A DNA stretch of 64,000 nt, taken from Takakia lepidozioides. Lineage: Eukaryota; Plantae; Bryophyta. Shown here piece after piece: positions 50,872-64,000 of this stretch. The notes under the pieces were generated by a model. The model was not told the origin of the DNA. It did not search any database and saw only the letters and a list, made by a program, of their open reading frames with translations. The stretch is taken from contig CM060732.1 of assembly GCA_030704615.1 (NCBI GenBank), positions 8,308,001-8,372,000 of the forward strand. The letters run 5' to 3'. Within the stretch, counting starts at the first letter, position 1; the number at the start of each line of letters is the position of its first letter. The translations under genes were made by a program, and so were the position numbers.

Positions 50872-51475
50872 AGGGCAAAGATGGACACAATTGACCAGAA
50901 CGCTCTACTTCTGCCTCCCGTAGCCCACTTAACAGAGACTTAACAGTGGATGACCCGAATTGAAGGAAGTCACTCTCCAATTTCTGTGCAAGAGGTAAGA
51001 GTAGCGGCTTCACTATAGAGGTGGGACAGACGAGAGCAGATGCCTGCGCCGTGAGCGCCATATGATCATCTGCCATATGATGACTTGGATCATCTTTCAG
51101 CATAATTTGCTTGCACATCCCCAAAACCCTCCATTCCACACACCTGCCGGGCATATGTTGCAAGTGCGCGGACATACATAGCTCGGAAATTGGCGCCGCC
51201 GTGCCTCGCCATGTCACCCACGAACCCGGTGTAGGTGTAGTCGATGGGCCCATCTACAGGTAGCTATAGCCATGTAGTATAGCCATCTCATCCACAAATG
51301 TAGGGTGCAGTGGGGTGTGGGCCCATATGCAGGTAGGCATAGCCATATGCTATAGCCAGTTTTACTAGTTCACTAATTGACTTTATAGATAGTTCTAGTC
51401 TCTAGATAGTTCTGCAAATAAATAGCCAATTGGTATAGCCAGCTTCACTAGTTCACTAGTTGACTTTTTCTAAGT

Positions 51476-52300
51476 ATGGCAGGTAGGATGAAAATGGCTG
51501 CAAGAGGGAAGGCCAAAGTGGCAGAGGGTGGAGAGATGTTCATAGAGGCAAGTGTTTCACTGGGCGTGGGTGGAGCATATATCGACGTCACATGCTTACA
51601 GAAAATGGAGGAGTTTATTGTTACCTGGTGCATTTCTGGCTTGTGTGCACTTGAAAGAGGTGACACTTTGTTCCATTTGCATTTGCAAATGGTTTATAGG
51701 TTGTATGTATCGAGTGTTAACAAACTTATCAAAAAGTGTCTTGGGTGGACCCTGAAGCTTGCACCATCTGGACATCTTGTCCACTATAAAGCTCTTCGTG
51801 GTAAAGGGTTTCATACTTTTACAGGCATGGTTGGGTATTGTCTCAAAAATGCCGATAAACTAGGTTTCACATTTGTACACAGAAATGTAAGTGCAGACCA
51901 AATGCAGGAAGGTGTGGATCTGTATATCAAATATGGTACGTTGTCCACGAAGAACCGTTTATGCCTCACACACCATAATGTGTTGGAGCGCGCACAAATG
52001 TGGAGCAAATACAAAATGCGCAGGCAACTCGTTTTTAATTTGCCTTCTGTATTACTGAGCATGCTAAAGTCCGGTCAGTTTTACCCTACAGCTGCATGGG
52101 TGGTACCCTACAAAAATAGTGGGATGGATTTTCACAGAGCTGGTTCTATCTGGAAGACAATGGTGCAACCGCAGGAATTGGAAATGGTGGACATCGCTCG
52201 AATTTTTTATGAGTGTTCGACTGGTTCTTCACGACTTCGGGACCTCTTTTGTGCACAAGTTACTTCCGAAGCTGACAATTTTGCTGCTTTACCTGTCTAA
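51476..52300 (+). CDS. Replitron-type HUH (rolling-circle Rep) endonuclease
   Basis: LERG...HLHLQ (HUH motif II) and GMVGYCLK (YxxK motif III); no helicase domain; uninterrupted 274-aa ORF. Confidence 0.8.
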   Translation: MAGRMKMAARGKAKVAEGGEMFIEASVSLGVGGAYIDVTCLQKMEEFIVTWCISGLCALERGDTLFHLHLQMVYRLYVSSVNKLIKKCLGWTLKLAPSGHLVHYKALRGKGFHTFTGMVGYCLKNADKLGFTFVHRNVSADQMQEGVDLYIKYGTLSTKNRLCLTHHNVLERAQMWSKYKMRRQLVFNLPSVLLSMLKSGQFYPTAAWVVPYKNSGMDFHRAGSIWKTMVQPQELEMVDIARIFYECSTGSSRLRDLFCAQVTSEADNFAALPV

Positions 52301-53527
52301 TCTCAGTTTGTGGATTCACAAAGGACCAAACTTATGCCAATGGATCAACTCGTACCTACCTTTTATTCCACTTGCTCATAGATTTACTGACAATCACCAT
52401 GCATTTTAGTGACTAGTGGGTTCCTGTATAACAAGTTTTGGCATTTCCATCTATCTATAGCATGTTCTCTGTATAGCCAGGTTCACTCTGAGTTCTCATT
52501 TCTTGAACTCTTTTCAAACTTTTTCATAAAGTTTCATGCTGGACCATCCAACAATTAAAATTAGTAGTAGTTTATGGTGATACGTAGTGAAAACTATGCG
52601 TTATGATTTACCTAGGCTGACAATGAAACCACAAATTAGGGTTTGCATTGTGCGAGAGTAGAAAGCATAGAAGAGTTGAATTTGTTGGCTCTGTCCCCAA
52701 GGATAGAGGCGTTGCGGAGACTTCTTGCCTAGGCGGAGCTAGGCAGAGTACGGAATACTAGGCTTAGAGCCGGGTTTCAGCTACAAGCGCCCCCCCATGA
52801 ATAGCCCCCAGGATTAAGGAGGCGCTATTGGACGAAATAGGATATTCCTTAAGGGGTGCCCCCACGGATCCGCCCCTTGCAAAAAAAGCTGTCCCTTCAT
52901 AAGGGGCGGACGGATTTGGGGGCGCCCCTAACTGACAGCTTTGTCTTTTCCTGCAGCCTTACAGAAAATTATTCTTTCCATCCAAATTTAAGTTAGATTT
53001 TAAGAGAGGGAATGATTTTTGACATTTCATCCAAAACCTATATTAATGGGCCATTTACTATGTCATGGGCCCACAACAATTGGTGCCAAAGACTTCTAGA
53101 GGGGCGAATGGAAACCCACCCCCTCTCATTTTTAAGGGACGATTCCTTCCCGGGGCCTTGGGGGGCACTTGGGAGTGCCCATGGAACCGGCCCTTATACA
53201 TTCAGCCTATGGAGGGTTGATGGACCCGCAAGGTTGGAGAACTAGGCCTATCCATAAGCCTAGTCTATGGAGGGTTGATGGACCCGCAAGGGATAGAGGC
53301 ATTGTGGTTGCCTAGGGGGAGAACTAGGCTTATCCATAAGCCTAGTCTATGGAGGGTTGATGGGCAGATTCATGAAGCCCCGGAAAAAGTATAAAAGAAC
53401 AACCCCAAAATCACCGAAGGACAGAGCCTGATGTGGAGGAGCCCGCTTGTTCTGACGGCGGGGTTTGGGGGTTAGGGCTTTGACTCTGTCGGCGTGTTGT
53501 TTCTCTCGTTGTTGTGGCGGGGTGCTC

Positions 53528-55777
53528 ATGGCGGTCTCTCAGGAGATCACGGGCCATGACGAGTGTTTGAAGAAGCCCAAGGAGCTGATCGAGAACTTCA
53601 ATTTGCCTGGTGCGTCTGTTTATCTCTTCCCGCGTGGGTCTGAATATATTTCATCCTCTTTTCGTGTTGTGACTATGAAGTCCAAGATTTTTATTCCCTT
53701 GGAAGAAGAAACCCTTTGCAAGTGTGAGCGAGTATCCGGTTCCAGAACAGTCCTAGCTATGATCCGGTGGTGAAATTATCGGAGAGAGAGATTATTTGTT
53801 AGACTGAATGTCAGAGTCTCGATGGCTGTTGTTGTTGGTCAGACACTCGAAGAGAGAGGGACTTGGAAACCTGGGAGGGTCGAATGATGGGGGCTGGAAC
53901 CTACTGCAATTTGATGTATAAGCATGGAAGTTTGTCGGGGACCAGCGCAGTTTGCGAGGAGTGTAAGGAGAATGAATCCAAGTACAAGTGCCCAAGGTGT
54001 GGCATACGAACTTGTGGGCTTACGTGTGTCAAGTCTCACAAGGAGCGCACCGGCTGTTGTGGCAAGCGCGATCGCACCGCCTTCGTCTCCATCTCTGAAT
54101 TTGATGACAATTGGCTCATTTCAGGTGTGGATCGATCTCAAAGATTCTTTCCTTAGTTCTTCTTGATGTTGGGGTGTGTCGGGGGTGAAACCGGAACAAG
54201 CTTGGGGAGGGTCAGTATCTTTATTGGTACCTTGACAAGGAAATCGGCAACGAGTACATGTCTCTCCCGACCCCCCTTCTGGCCCAAATCGATGCACAAA
54301 CTTTTGCTACTGCAAGCTAGTCAAGCCAATATGACTTCTTCCGCTCACCCCCTGTTCTCTGAGCTAGCCTATATTTTGATTCTCATGCAGACTACAACTT
54401 ATTGGAAGAGACTCAAAGACAAGCAGAGGCAGCAAGACGCCAGAGGGCTCCATTTGGAGCGGGTAAGTATACAATGCACCCTGCAATGAAGGCACTCCAA
54501 CATCAGGCCAAAATACGAGACATTAAGCTTCTCTTTCTCGCACAAGGCATGTCCAAGAGGAAAGGCAATACCAGCTATTTCGACAGAAAGTGAGTACTTC
54601 TTTTAGGTTAGCTATTTCAAATTCCATTTGCCTTTGCCAAACTTTTGCTTGCAGATACTCTTAGGGTAATCCTTTATGCAATTAAGGACTTCTCGAACCT
54701 GAGGCCATTAGTCTGTTGTGTTTTCCCTATGAGGTAAGCTTAGTGAGGTTATTGCTGCTTGACTGCAGATGTGGGTGGAGGATCCTGAGGGGCCTGAAAG
54801 CTATTGGCATGAGCCTTTAATGGCATCATTTTGACATCCACTCCTTGTCATGGCAGACGCAAGTGCATATTTTGGAGAATCGAGTGGGTGTTTGAGGGGA
54901 CTGGTGTGCACCTAACTGATGCACGGTAACCTCTCTTTTCTCCAGTGCACATATCTCACTTCAATGCTTGGGCCTGACAGACAACAAGGGAGACATTACA
55001 TAGGTGACACAATGAAAGAATACTTGGCAACTGAGCTTATTATGAGTTTGACTTGCAGAGTGGATGAGAACTTGAGCTTACAAACTGTGTTGGAAGAGCA
55101 CCTCACTGAGCAGCCCAGGAATGCTGTCACACTACATCAACTCCGCAATTTCACCAGGGAGCCTATCTCCTCATTAAAACTTTTCTTCAAAAAGGAGCCG
55201 TGCAAGGTGTGTGTCCCTTCCCTTTCTCTCCTTTCCAGCAGTCTTCCTACATATTTTTGCTCATTGTATAAAGACAATTTCCACTTTCGGAAATTTTTGA
55301 CTTGACCATATCACGTTTTCGTAGAATTTATGTCAAGGGCCTCAGCTACGGTTGTCTGATGTGGGGTTGCATCTTTCACAACTCTGCAGCCTTGTGTAAC
55401 CTTAACAATTGGGTATCTGATTAGTTCCATTCTACAACACAGACGAGTCATGCTTTATCTTACTAGAACCTTTCCTCTTTACAATGCAGGCGAATGAAAT
55501 GGTATTTTTCGAGTTGAACATTAAAGAGACGCTTGGACACCAGCTGTCTCACAAATGTGTGATTGAGTATGCTGTGATCCACATTGTTCTACCTCAAGAT
55601 GCTGAAAAGTTCCCTATCACTAACGAGCCCAAGCCAACAAATCTCAACAGCTTGGAAGTTAATCTGTCTGCCCCAGGTGAGGATTCTGGAGTTCCAGAAG
55701 AACCAGAAGGAGTTCCTTTCCGCGAAGAAGAGATAGAAGAAGGGGAGTTTGTGCCAGGAATGAGCTGCATTATATAA
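53528..55777 (+). CDS. Box C/D snoRNA protein 1 (BCD1/ZNHIT6-like, zf-HIT)
   Basis: Exons 53528-53609 (tentative), 53843-54124, 54391-54589, 54857-54925, 55059-55206 and 55490-55777, all GT-AG and in phase; CEEC...YKCPRC...CGLTCVKSHK...C.GKRDRT, LISDYNLLEE, GMSKRK.N.S, IFWRIEW, VIEY. Confidence 0.9.
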
Positions 55778-56570
55778 TTTCTGTCTGGTAAAGTAGAGAA
55801 CCATTGGCAAAGCTAGGGTTCTTATTGGTGATTTTGGAGAAATCCCTCCCAACTTGTTGTATAATATGGTTTCCAGTTTGCATCAGTTTCTTTTGTGCCT
55901 TACATTCATCATGGCAAGCATGTGGATACAACAAGGGTAGAGGAGGGAGGCACCTTCAAGGTCAATGACTCATAGAAGAATCTTCTCTACATCTTAGTCA
56001 GTTTTCATGAACCTACTACTCACCAGTGCTTGCAATGGAACAACTTGTCATTGCACACAAATAGTTGGAACATAAATGTTGATCCATGGCTGGTCACAGA
56101 TGGAAACTAACTGTATTGGATGCTCTAACATGGAGGTGATGGTGAGATAGTAAGAAAGTTAGGATTATATCTATTTGAAAAAATAAGAAACAGAAACTTT
56201 AGCTTGGCCCATGACCAAAGTTTACATCATCATCTCTGAACACTTCCAAAATAGAGACATCTCATCTCACAAACAAGGATGGAAAGTTTACTGTGAAGTG
56301 CAGCCATTCACCTGCATGGTTTGACCTCCCACCAAGCCAACTACATCCTCTTTGCCACACACAACTAAGCTTGACAAGGACTAGGGACCAAGCACATCAC
56401 CCCATGATCAGCTTTATTGACTTCCTTCCAAATCGAATGTTCTTTCTGGTCCCTTTGCCACCAGGCTTCCTGAATCCCACCTTAGTCTGTATGGAGTTAG
56501 GTAGCTATTTCCAGATCACTGTTTACCGCAGTTGTCTTGGTATGGGTTGTTGTTAACAGGGCACGGCCAT

Positions 56571-59500
56571 TTAGACTGGATCAGCCAAGAGTTTCTCCAT
56601 CTGCTTGATCCTCGTTGAGATCGAGAGATCAATGTGCTTGTCCTGCATATCCACCACCAGGCCTCCAATGATGCTTCTATCCACCTGCCAACCATGCCAC
56701 ACCGTAGACAGTGTTTGAATCAAAAAACATGAAATTGCTAAGAGATAAGCAACCACTTTAACCAACCACAGATGAATAAGTCTCTGCACTCAGCTGTCAA
56801 ACCACTTTCTGGCAAAGTACCGTAGAAACAATTGCAGCTCAAAACTTTTAACTGAGGCAAGCTATGACTTTGCCCTTCTGAGATACCGCAGCAGTGACCC
56901 CTTGCAGTCCAAGGCACCCATCATAAATGTAGTACCCCAGTGAGCAGCTTAAGAAGCAATCACACGTCACAATAAACCATGTCAGGCAAGCAGTAGAGGA
57001 GAGGAGCAAGATAAGACAGGTGAGAAAAGGGAAGCCACAGCGGTAGCCGGTAGCCAGTAACCCAGTCACACAAAAGGATATGAAGGGATTTCAGGATATG
57101 GACTGCATTGGAATTGGAGGGTTTCCTCTTTGGCAAGCTGTACCTTTTGCGCAACCTTCAGGGTCTGCCCTTCCTTCAGATGACCCTTCAATGCATTTTT
57201 TATGTCTTCCAGTTCTCCGGGTGAGAGTTCCTGTGAAACAGAAGGCACATATCAATGGAAAACCAGGGACATGAAGCTTGTGGAAACAAGCAATATGGTC
57301 AATCCACTACTGTCTTCCTAATGATCATGAGACCTCTGTGAAACACAAGGCACATATCAATGGAAATCCAGGGAGATGAAGCCAGTAGAAACAAAAGGGA
57401 ATGCAATATGGTCAATCCACTACTGTCTTCCTAATGATCATGAGACAGAGCTTACAAGAGCAGCAGTAATGACAGCTCTGACCTCCCCTCGGTGTGCCAA
57501 CAGGAGCTCAGTAAATGCTTCAGTAATCTTATGAAGCCGAGTCAGCCTTCCGTTCTCTGCCATGACAGCTGTCCCATGCACAGAGCTTCACCCATTACAC
57601 GAATCCAAACACTATCCTTTACATCACCAATTTTCTCCCTGTCCTCTAGGAAGCCTATTGACATTGGGTGGACTTGATACGGGAGTACATTAATGTCTCT
57701 GTGACTAAATGCCGGCCTTGTGACCTCGTGTCCTTGTTTGTTTCGACCTGAAGCGCTTTGCTTCAGGTAAGGTAGTGCATTGGATTTAGTTGGAAAGCTT
57801 GGGGCCTTTCCCTCTTTAGAATATGCCTACACGGGCCATTCCCTGCAACTCCCTGGAGTGTGATCTCTGAATGGTAACAAGCGGACTCCTACCGCTTGGG
57901 GGCAGCCCCTCCGCCCAAATTGGGCCGTCGTATGCTCTGTCTAGCATACTCGGCACTTGGGCTCAGGTTGGTTCCTGTGCTTAAACTTATAGCCTGCGAG
58001 AACAATAAAAAATTTAGCTCCTATCAACATCAACACTCCTCAGGGTGATCCCTGGGAATTGGTTACTTATGCCAAATCTAGGGCTTCATGTGTAGTTTTT
58101 GGGGTGAATCCCAGGATGGACGATGTGTCCTTTAAAACTACATGCTCTAGCTTAGGCTTGGATTTCATGGCTAATGGTACCATCTCGAGACTTGATAACA
58201 GGGGTACGTTGAAGGTTGCAATGACCAAAAGTGCTTCTAATAGAGTCCCGCATCAATTCAATCTCAAAGAAGTTCGTCCCTTGACTGGCTGGAGAGCGGT
58301 CTTAGACATTGGTGATTCAATGGGGCGCTCTAGGAAGACAACCAAGGGCAACGACTTCAACTTGAGAGTTTCTAATCGGTTTGATGCTCTGGATGAGGTT
58401 GAATCCAAACAGCCAGAAGGACAAGATGCCCCTAAATGTACGGAACCTGAACGTCCTGAATCTGAAGGATTTGGTACTCTGAATGGTTTACCAATCCTCA
58501 AGGTTTACACAAGACGAACAAATTCTATACACGGGGTAATTGTCCGCAAGCCGTCAGATGGACAATCTGTCCCTAAGTGTGCAGAGCCTGAACGTCGTGT
58601 AACTGAAGGATTTGGTACTCTAAATGGTTTACCAATCCTCAAGTTTACACAAGACGAGCAAAATCTATACACGGGGTAATTGTCCCCAAGCAGTCTGACG
58701 GACAATCTGCCCCTATGTGTGTGGAGCCTGTGCGTCGTGTAACTGAAAGATTTGGTACCCTGAATGGTTTACCAATTCTCAAAGTTTACACAAGACGAGC
58801 AAAATCTACACATGGGGTAACTGTCCCCCTTTGCAGAACGGTTGGCCGTCCAGGAGCAATCACAAGCTACCTAGACGACAAACAATTCACATGCAAAGGG
58901 CTGGCTTGCGGCTGGCCACTTTCAACTTCTCAGGGTTGACCAACCAAAGGAAACAACTCGAAGTGGGACAAGTTCTTCGGACTAATGATATTCATATCTG
59001 TGCTGGGCAAGAAACATGGGAAACGTCGGATAAACTGGTTGGAGATGTCAATGGTTATAAATGGGCAGGTAAGATGTGTACTCTCAAGGCAGCCTCTGCC
59101 AAATGCGGTAAAAAAGGGGTTGGATTCTTTGTCCGTGATTTCTTGTTTGACAATTGTGAAATTATCAACAAGGGTTTGAGGTACGAGCATAGTATCTGGC
59201 TAAAACTGAATCTGAAGGGCGGCATGAGTACAAAGGACCTCTTTGTTGGTTGTGTTTACATGCCCACAGAGGGGACCCTTAGTGCTGACGCAGACAAGGC
59301 CTTCGAAGATGTAAAGCTGGACTGTGCTTCGTTCCTTGCCAAAGGTCAGGTGGTACTATTGGGGGACTTCAATGCCCGGGTGGGCAAAGGGATCCATCAG
59401 GACGATATCATTGGACCTTTTGGTGAGGACGAGCTGAATTCTAATGGCAGACGGTTAATTAACTGTCTAGAAGAGCTTCAGCTTTTGACCTTGAATAACA

Positions 59501-62500
59501 GGACAAGAGGTGACCAAGTGCAGTGGACTCGTGAGAAATCCCAAACTGGGGAACGTTCCATTGTGGACTATATCATAATGGACAAAATTTTGTTCCCCCA
59601 GTGTGCCAATGTGTTGATCGACAGAACTGATATTGGTACCTCTGACCACTTCCTGGTTGGACTGAGATCAAAAGGTGTTTTCCCACCACCAAGAGATCTG
59701 TGAAACGTTCGATTCGGAAGTGGCGCATAGAAAAATTCCACAATGAGGAGGTCAAGGCTGAGTACATCCAGGCCTTGCAAGAGGCTCTCCCTCATTTTGT
59801 CCAATCGCTCCAAGAACTTCAGTCACGCTCTGTTAACGCAAGAAATGAAGTCGAAAGAGCAGTGGACTCTTGGGAGAGTTTCGTTTCCTCCGTGGCTGAC
59901 AAGATCATTGGGAGGAAACTAATTGTCTGCGGTAGAGCAGTTAATTGGTGGACCAATGAGATTAAACTCAAGATAGCTGAGAGACGAGCCCTCTATAAAG
60001 AGTGCTGCAATTTGGAAACCAACAGAGAATTGTGGGCGAGGTACTACCAGCTCCGTAAAGATATCAATCAGCTTGTTAGGTCTCAGAAGAAATTATACTG
60101 GGACAAGTTATACAGTGAAATAAACTCAAACCACCATGGTGGTAATGACAAGAAATTCTGGTTGGCCCTTCAACGTTTGTACAAGCCGAAAAACGGTCAG
60201 CAAGTACAAGCGCTGAAGACTACTAAAGGTGCAGTGGTGACTTCATCGGTTGACATTGTCAAAACCTTTGAAACTCACTACAGTATCCTTGGGGGGTCTT
60301 CTGCTGAATGGAGGGACACAGTTGGAAAAACTGTTCCTATGATTCAAAACAGCCCTGATGAACTGGAGTATATTTCAATGGCTTATAATGCTCCCATTAG
60401 TTCTTCTGAGATTGTGGAAGCAATTGAACATTTAAATGGATATAAAGCTGGTGGACCTGATGGTATTGTCAACGAGCTTATCACGGTGGCGATCCCATGA
60501 TAGAGGCCCTAGTTCTCCTCTTTAACCTTATCTGGAAGACTGAAATGATCCCCTTTCGCTGGCGACAGGGGGTCATTGTCAATCTATACAAGAAAGGTGA
60601 CAGAGAAGAACCGGGGAACTACCGTGGCATCACGCTCCTCAATGCTGTTGGCAAGACATTCTGCAGAGTTATAAGTACTCGTCTCGAGGTTGATCTGGAG
60701 TCTAGAGGTTGTTTCCACGAAGGCCAAGCTGGCTTTCGGCGAAACAGGGGCTGTGTGGATCATATCTTCACTCTAAGCCAGATTATCCAGGGAAGGAAAA
60801 AAGAAGGGAAACCCACTTATGTTTTTTCCTGGATGTCAAAAAGGCTTATGACACAGTGTGGAGAGATGGCCTATGGTTCCGCCTCTGGTCTTGTGGGATC
60901 AAGGGAAAGATGTGGAGAGTTGTCCACAACTTGTATGCTCACACCAAAAGCTGTGTCACTGTTAACGGACAGAAGTCCAACTTCTTTGACATAAACCAAG
61001 GTGTAGCTCAAGGATGTACTCTCTCCCCTCTGCTCTTCAATGTTTTCATCAATCAACTCCTCGAGGATGTGGAAAGTGAGGGATTTGGGTTAAGGGTGGG
61101 TGATACCACCATACCAGCCCTTATGTTTGCGGATGACTTCGCAGGCATAGGGGAGACTCCAACCAATCTCCAGGAGTTGATTGATTGCGCGAAGAGATAC
61201 TTTGATCTTTGGGGGCTAGAGGCTAATGTCAGCAAATGTGCAGTGGTAGCATTCAACGACAGAGGAGAGGGAGGAAGTGATCTTAAGTGGCAGTGGGGTA
61301 GCCAAGAGATCCCAGTCCTCCCTTCCTACACTTACCTGGGCGTTGATTTTTCCTCCAATTGCAATTGGGATGCACATATCCGGAAAGTTGTTCAAACTGG
61401 CAAGGGCAAAGCTCTGGGGCTCACTAAATTTTTCCACTGCAGAGGGGTCAACTCTGAGGTTAAGAAAACCATGCTTTGTCGCGTTATTAGACCTGCCTTG
61501 GAGTACGGATCTGCTATATGGGTTGATAACTCCAACCAGGCTAAGTCTCTAGAATCCATTCAAGTGGGGGTGCTTAAGGAGTGTATGTCAGCATGCTCCA
61601 AAACAGCCAATGTGGCTGTTCGGGGTGAGTTTGGCATTCCGTCCTTAAGCTCCCGACGAGATGAATTCAAGGTCAGATGGTGGGGTCAGCTGCAACATAT
61701 GCCCAACACCAGATATCCTAAATTAATCGACTCTATATCTTGGAAACAGGACCGCCCTGTCAAACAGGCTAAGTCCTGGCAGAAGAGAGTAGAAGAGATC
61801 CTCAAGGACCTGGACCTGGATCCGCAAGTCTTGACCCTGCTGGATAAATCTGACTTAGAGGCTGTAGTGTCCTCAGCCATGTCTGTTGCCATGAGATTGT
61901 CTGATGAAAATGAAGTTAGGCAGAAAACTTCCCTGAACTTGTTTCCAGTCTGTGACATGGGGGAGGACATCTTGGATGACCTCAAGGGTCTACCCACTCT
62001 CGGCACTAGACTGAAATTTAAACTCAGGGCAGGAAGCCTACCTTTGAACAGCAAACAGAAGCAGAGAGGAAAGGGAGAGTGCAATTGCCCGCTGTGTGGG
62101 CAATCTGAAGACAGTATTCACTTTCTGATATACTGTCCGGGGTTCTCTCACCAAAGAGACGCTCTCTTCAATTCTATCAAGGGAATTGTGCCTGTACCCC
62201 TGTTTAACAACTTTGAAAGTCTCGAGGCTGAGCCAAAAGCCCAGGCCCTCCTGAGGCCTAGTTTTTGGGCAAATCACACACAGCAGATTGATGCTTGTGT
62301 GAAGGGATTTCTAGAGGATATCTGGAAAACCCGGATTAATTCTATATATGATGGTAAGTCACACTACCAACGTCAGCCCCTGACAGAGGTAGGTTCTGTC
62401 CCTTTTGTTCCCGCTCAAACTGGGCGCGGGGTCAATGGCCACAAGGCTACGGCAAACAACGTCTTATGAGTACAATTTCTCCTCACCAATACACCACTGA

Positions 62501-63772
62501 TACAATTGCTCATAAGTAAGAGAAAAAAGATGAAAGAATTCAAAGGAGCTAATGGTCCGCACCCAGAAAGTTTTTGGTGATCTCATGGAACTTGGTTTGG
62601 TTGAAGATTTCTTGGATAGCTTTGACTCGCAAATTTGTAGGAACAGCAGGGTCCTTGAGGAAATCAGCAAACACCGGGTTCCTCTCTGCAGCACCACACA
62701 ATTGATGCAGGTCTCTATCCACAGCATCGAGAGCATTGGCACGCACTGCTGTTATATACAGGGCTGAGGCATATTTTCCCACCACCCCGTACATGGGCAT
62801 AGGTACCTGCATATGTAAAAAGAAAGCATGTGTCAAAATCCTCAAAAGCTCGCAACGGTTCCTATGGACAAGGAGCACACTTCCCTCCTACACAAGTGCC
62901 AAAAATGGGCCTGCGTGTGTTAAGGAGAGAAAGAGAGGGACAGGGAGAGCAGAAAGAGATCAACTCATACCACTTTGCTTGCCAATAAAGCTCTCAACAA
63001 ACCTGTCTGCCATTGGATATTCAAACTCAGAGTGCAGACAACAGAAAGGTCACACCTTTCTTCCACTACAGTACATGGGAAAGTATAGGCTACCCTCGAG
63101 ATCGTGGCTGCCTACATGGGTTATCTTTTTCCAGCTGCATTAATATAGTCTGGCAGTAGACAGCCTTCTCTAAGTATGAAAGTCAATGTGTCCCAATTTT
63201 TATCCTGCACAGGATCCCTACCACAAGTCTGATGCCTCAGCAGTAATATGTAAGCACTTCCATATAAATCCATAGGGTACTGCTGAAGGCATTTCTCCGG
63301 AGTAGTTTGCACATGGTTCTCAGCTAGCTTCATATATCTTCTTTGTTCCCCTGCTGATTCTATGTCCATTAAGAGGCAGAGAAGGAGGATGCATGTCACA
63401 CGGGTAATCCAATCCTAAATACCCCCTCAATGCTTGAAATCAAGTGGAAGCCTCTTAGGGGGTTGTTGATTCACTTCTAGTACAATGTAGGTTAGGCAAT
63501 CTCTGAATCCGACGAGGATAGTGAGAAAAGGACCTGTAAACACTGCGATTGAAGTATGAGAAACTTACACTAACCAGTCCAGTGTTGCCTGACAAGTATC
63601 AGTCATCTAGAAATTGAGCCTACGCATGACAAATGTAAGAGAGGGGGAAAGAGAATGAGACAGATCAGCATGACGCGAGGAGGAGAGAGAGGGAGAGGGA
63701 GGAGGAGGTGCAGAATACCTCGACGTGGGCTTCATTGGAACCCCCCGATTTAGCAGCATATCCCCGCACTGC
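56571..63772 (-). CDS. ATP5: Mitochondrial ATP synthase OSCP / delta subunit (first exon outside the window)
   Basis: Exons 63772-63719, 62806-62563, 57568-57456, 57230-57144 and 56684-56571 are in phase: YGVVGKYASALY...TKNFLAVMAENGRL...AHRGEV...VDRSIIGGLVV...IDLSISTRI. Confidence 0.93.
58430..58830 (+). repeat. Tandem repeat of about 140 bp x3 in LINE ORF1
   Basis: GATTTGGTAC.CT.AATGGTTTACCAAT.CTCAA recurs three times (encoding FGTLNGLPILK). Confidence 0.85.
58831..62469 (+). pseudogene. LINE ORF2 with about 3 frameshifts
   Basis: Consecutive ORFs 58831-59703, 59700-60500, 60497-60994 and 60709-62469 together form one APE-RT protein. Confidence 0.9.
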
Positions 63773-64000
63773 CTGCGTCAACCAAACCTTCTAGAATTAG
63801 AGCCGACTGCATCAAAATGAAGTTGCCCTAATGTGGGCTCAATTCATGCATAATACAAGAGGGAGGCTCTGTAACTTAGATAATAGACCACAAAGAGAGA
63901 AAAGACAGCCGAAATTACAGGAGGGGAGAAGACAGAGACGGATATGAGACAGCCAGACCGGAACTGTGACGTGAATTGTAAAGCGAAAAGAATCTCAAAT

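Larger units (their letters stand above)
57639..62475 (+). mobile_element. Near full-length LINE (APE-RT-CCHC; non-L1, possibly RTEX-like), antisense in an OSCP intron
   Basis: ORF1 with VSNRFDAL; ORF2 APE (LGDFNA, IVDYI, SDH), RT (QG..LSPLLF, FADD) and a C-terminal CPLC...HFL..C; possible 7-bp TSD TTTCTCC; the 5' boundary is tentative. Confidence 0.88.

Overview
Eukaryotic, intron-containing DNA that is mostly transposable elements. The element content suggests a non-seed land plant or streptophyte alga; this is inferred and the species was not determined. Two host genes sit at the right end: a BCD1/ZNHIT6-like box C/D snoRNP assembly factor (+, 53528-55777) and mitochondrial ATP synthase OSCP/delta (-, 56571 to beyond 63772), which has a near full-length LINE in one intron. 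The centre is a four-level nest. (1) A Ty3/gypsy-type retrotransposon at 22226-50571 encodes a C5 DNA methyltransferase between protease and RT, and a PHD finger after a DDE integrase. Instead of two LTRs it has split direct repeats (B ... A-B-A), TGTC...GACA ends, a GGGG duplication and a self-complementary, non-tRNA primer site. It sits inside an inverted terminal repeat of a related family. (2) A P-element-like DNA transposon (27144-44208, CCCGGGGGG TIRs, 8-bp TSD) interrupts it. (3) A complete chromovirus (27278-34170) and LINE pieces sit inside that transposon. Also present: a second, partial chromovirus copy, a multi-kb foldback carrying a conserved covarying stem-loop, a MULE-type MITE, a spliced N4/N6-DNA-methyltransferase-like fragment, a SWIM-domain relic, a degraded copia and a Replitron-type HUH endonuclease ORF. 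All calls come from reading motifs by eye; no database searches were run.
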